A stretch of 64,000 nucleotides of DNA. Source: Bugula neritina. Its lineage: Eukaryota; Animalia; Bryozoa. This document shows positions 61,913-64,000 of the stretch, piece by piece. The position numbers and the translations under genes are program-made. How positions within the stretch are numbered: the stretch's first letter is position 1; every line of letters starts with the position of its first letter. The notes under the pieces were generated by a model. The model searched no databases, had not been told where the DNA came from, and worked only from the letters and a program-made list of their open reading frames with translations. The stretch is from NCBI GenBank assembly GCA_964035545.1, contig OZ037765.1:1798001-1862000 (forward strand), in the 5' to 3' direction.

Positions 61913-63795
61913 TTAATAGCTTGAGCAACATTCTAACATTTTAAGCATAGTGAGAGCAAAATAGAGAAAAATAAAGTTAGCTCCAATGATATTAGCTCCA
62001 GAGTTATCTTCACTCGGTGTATGATCCTCGTGAGTAGTCCAGGAGTTGCAGAGGTCCCCAGTGCAGCACTTGAAGCACATCTCTACCTGCAAAGGGGAAA
62101 AAGCAGTTGCTAATAATTGCATACGTAGTAGTTTGTTCAAATTATGGTTTGAATCCCATGTTATGATCATCTCCCAGTGTGGTTTAGACAACTTTGCTAT
62201 GAACCATAAACTTAGCCTGCATACCTCTGTGCCATTGTTGTTTGTGTATTCTTCACAACTTCCTTCTTCACTGTCAGTATCACAGGCTAAGTTGTCATCA
62301 CCAGAAAAATCTGTCGAGCATCCTTTGAGAACCTGCATGGAGAATGTAAATCATTAACAAGTCGACAGGATGTTGAGTGACTTTGATGTGAAGTATCAAA
62401 ACTAAAAGTATGTCCACTTTATCACTGCAAAGTATGCCACAATATTGTGTGAAAATAATAAGAAAAAGTCCTTCTAGATGTCTTTTCAGTATCTTTGCAT
62501 ATCTGTTTGAGTTTAGAAGGTCCAAAGTGTAAATACAAACAAGGAGGAACTCCTCAATTACTTACAATACTATTATTAGTATATAGTAGAATTAATGAGT
62601 CATTTACACTGTTGCTAGTACTAGTAGTTAGTGACTCACTTACACTGTTGCATATAGTATACTAGTAGTTAGTGAGTCACTTACACTGTTGCTAGTACTA
62701 GTAGTTAGTGAGTCATTTACACTGTTGCTAGTACTAGTAGTTAGTGAGTCACTTACACTGTTCTCAGTAGAGTCAGTAACATATTCACTTCTAGAGTAAC
62801 ATGGCTCACTGCACTTCACCGTCTGCTCGGGAGTAAACTCCAAGCATGTTTCTGGTGTGAGGCACTCAAAGCAATCGTAATATTGTGTTACATCTGGTGC
62901 AGATGTTGTCCTGCTGGAGGTTACTGTAGCAGTGGTTGATGCAGTCGCAGTTGTAGTCGTAGGGGTACTAGTAGTAGTGGTGGGAATAGTTGTAGTAGTG
63001 GTAGTAGGAGTAGTAGTAGTAGGAGTGGTAGTAGGATTAGTGGTAGTAGCAGTAGTAGTAGTAGGAGTAGTGGTGGTAGTAGGTGTAGTAGTGGTAGTAG
63101 GAATAGTAGTAGTAGCAGTAGTAGGAGTGGTAGCAGGATTAGTTGTAGTAGCAGTGGTAGTAGTAGCAGTGGTAGTAGTAGCAGTGGTAGTAGTAGGAGT
63201 GGTAGTAGTAGCAGTGGTAGGAATGGTAGTAGGATTAGTAGTAGTAGCAGTGGTAGTAGTAGGAGTAGTAGTAGTAGCAGTAGTAGTAGTAGTACTAGTA
63301 GTAGTCGTAGTAGTGGTAGGAGTAGTAGTAGTAGTAGTAGTGGTAGTAGTAGTAGTTGCTACAGCTGAAATAAAAACAGGAATGTGTTAATTTATTGACT
63401 GGCATCACTTACATCAAGGTTCAAATACTTCAACACTCCTGACCAAAACTTTAACAAAAATATTTGAGATTTTCATGACAAGCCTTATTCATGCTGTACA
63501 ATATTAGTAATAGTGTTTGTTTACAAAATTTGCTATTTTTTACAAATAAGAGATAATGGTTGCATCAACATGGAATATTTATCTTGATATAAAGAAAACT
63601 AACTTGCTAAATCAACCAGATAGAGAACTTCGCCAGTAGAATGCCTTATGTTCATCAACAGTTGATCTTCTTTCATCATTTCTAAAAGAGGTTTATCCAA
63701 GTCGGCTTTTATTTCACACGTAGAAGAATCCCCCTCCACAAACTGGGTACCTCCAACGCACATGCGAGCATATGACCAAGGGGGCATCGGGCCAT
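61913..63795 (-). CDS. Mucin-like Thr-rich + Ly6/uPAR (three-finger, Quiver-like) probably GPI-anchored protein, 3' exons (5' part outside window)
   Basis: Exons 63795-63604, 63364-62757, 62332-62225 and 62086-61913 join in frame. ~160-aa Thr/Pro/Ala stalk, then YDCFEC..C..C..CY..KGC..C..C..C.KCCTGDLCN (12 Cys) and a hydrophobic C-terminal tail. Confidence 0.85.
62564..62762 (-). repeat. 36-bp minisatellite duplicating the donor of the Ly6 gene's mucin exon
   Basis: ACAGT|GTAAGT(or GTAAAT)GACTCAC units with GT at 62756, 62720, 62684, 62643 and 62607. Confidence 0.85.
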
Positions 63796-63885
63796 CTGTC
63801 AAACATGCACAAGTTCAATATCAGTGACAGTTGGAAAGTCTATGAAGATTTAAAGCAGTTATGTTATTTTGTACAATTATATGCT

Positions 63886-63970
63886 CTGACAACTAGCAAC
63901 TAGCAACTATAAACTGTCAACTAGCAACTAGCAACTGGCAACTAGCAACTAGCAACTGACAACTAGCAAG
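63886..63970. repeat. (CAACTAG)n heptamer repeat
   Basis: Direct inspection. Confidence 0.8.
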
Positions 63971-64000
63971 TGTTGTATGAGAGGCTTGAATTATTTAGAA

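Noticed and set aside
62932-63390. Poly-Val plus-strand ORF
   Set aside because: Antisense shadow of the Thr-rich exon on the minus strand.
63604-63795. CHRD-domain identity for the upstream exon of the Ly6 gene
   Set aside because: Only vague similarity (L..M...QL..NI...GE), too weak without an HMM search.

Overview
AT-rich, intron-rich animal genomic DNA, probably from an invertebrate. Three protein genes lie on the minus strand. (1) A complete BK/Slo1 (KCNMA1-type) Ca2+-activated K+ channel gene at 60261->24671. I reconstructed 26 coding exons by hand with consistent splice phases, about 1170 aa, with two alternative duplicated terminal exons. (2) Immediately upstream, the 3' part of a gene for a Thr-rich mucin-like stalk + 12-Cys Ly6/uPAR (Quiver/Sleepless-like) domain + probable GPI signal (>63795->61913). 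(3) The first 7 coding exons of an ABCC5/MRP5-like transporter (19482->14350), with a TGA at the conserved Trp of the MYAWE motif and no further exons visible. Mobile DNA includes a decayed R4/Dong-like LINE, a 5'-truncated CR1/L2-type LINE, a foldback hAT-type element with an 8-bp TSD, a palindromic MITE and tRNA-derived repeats. The most unusual patterns are these: several unrelated minisatellites are tandem copies of the adjacent splice junction and form ladders of donor or acceptor sites; two minisatellites with five AP-1 heptamers each bracket Slo1 exon 1; and a ~6.5-kb tract has cryptic hexamer (T-N-A register) periodicity. All calls come from manual reading, and no searches were run.
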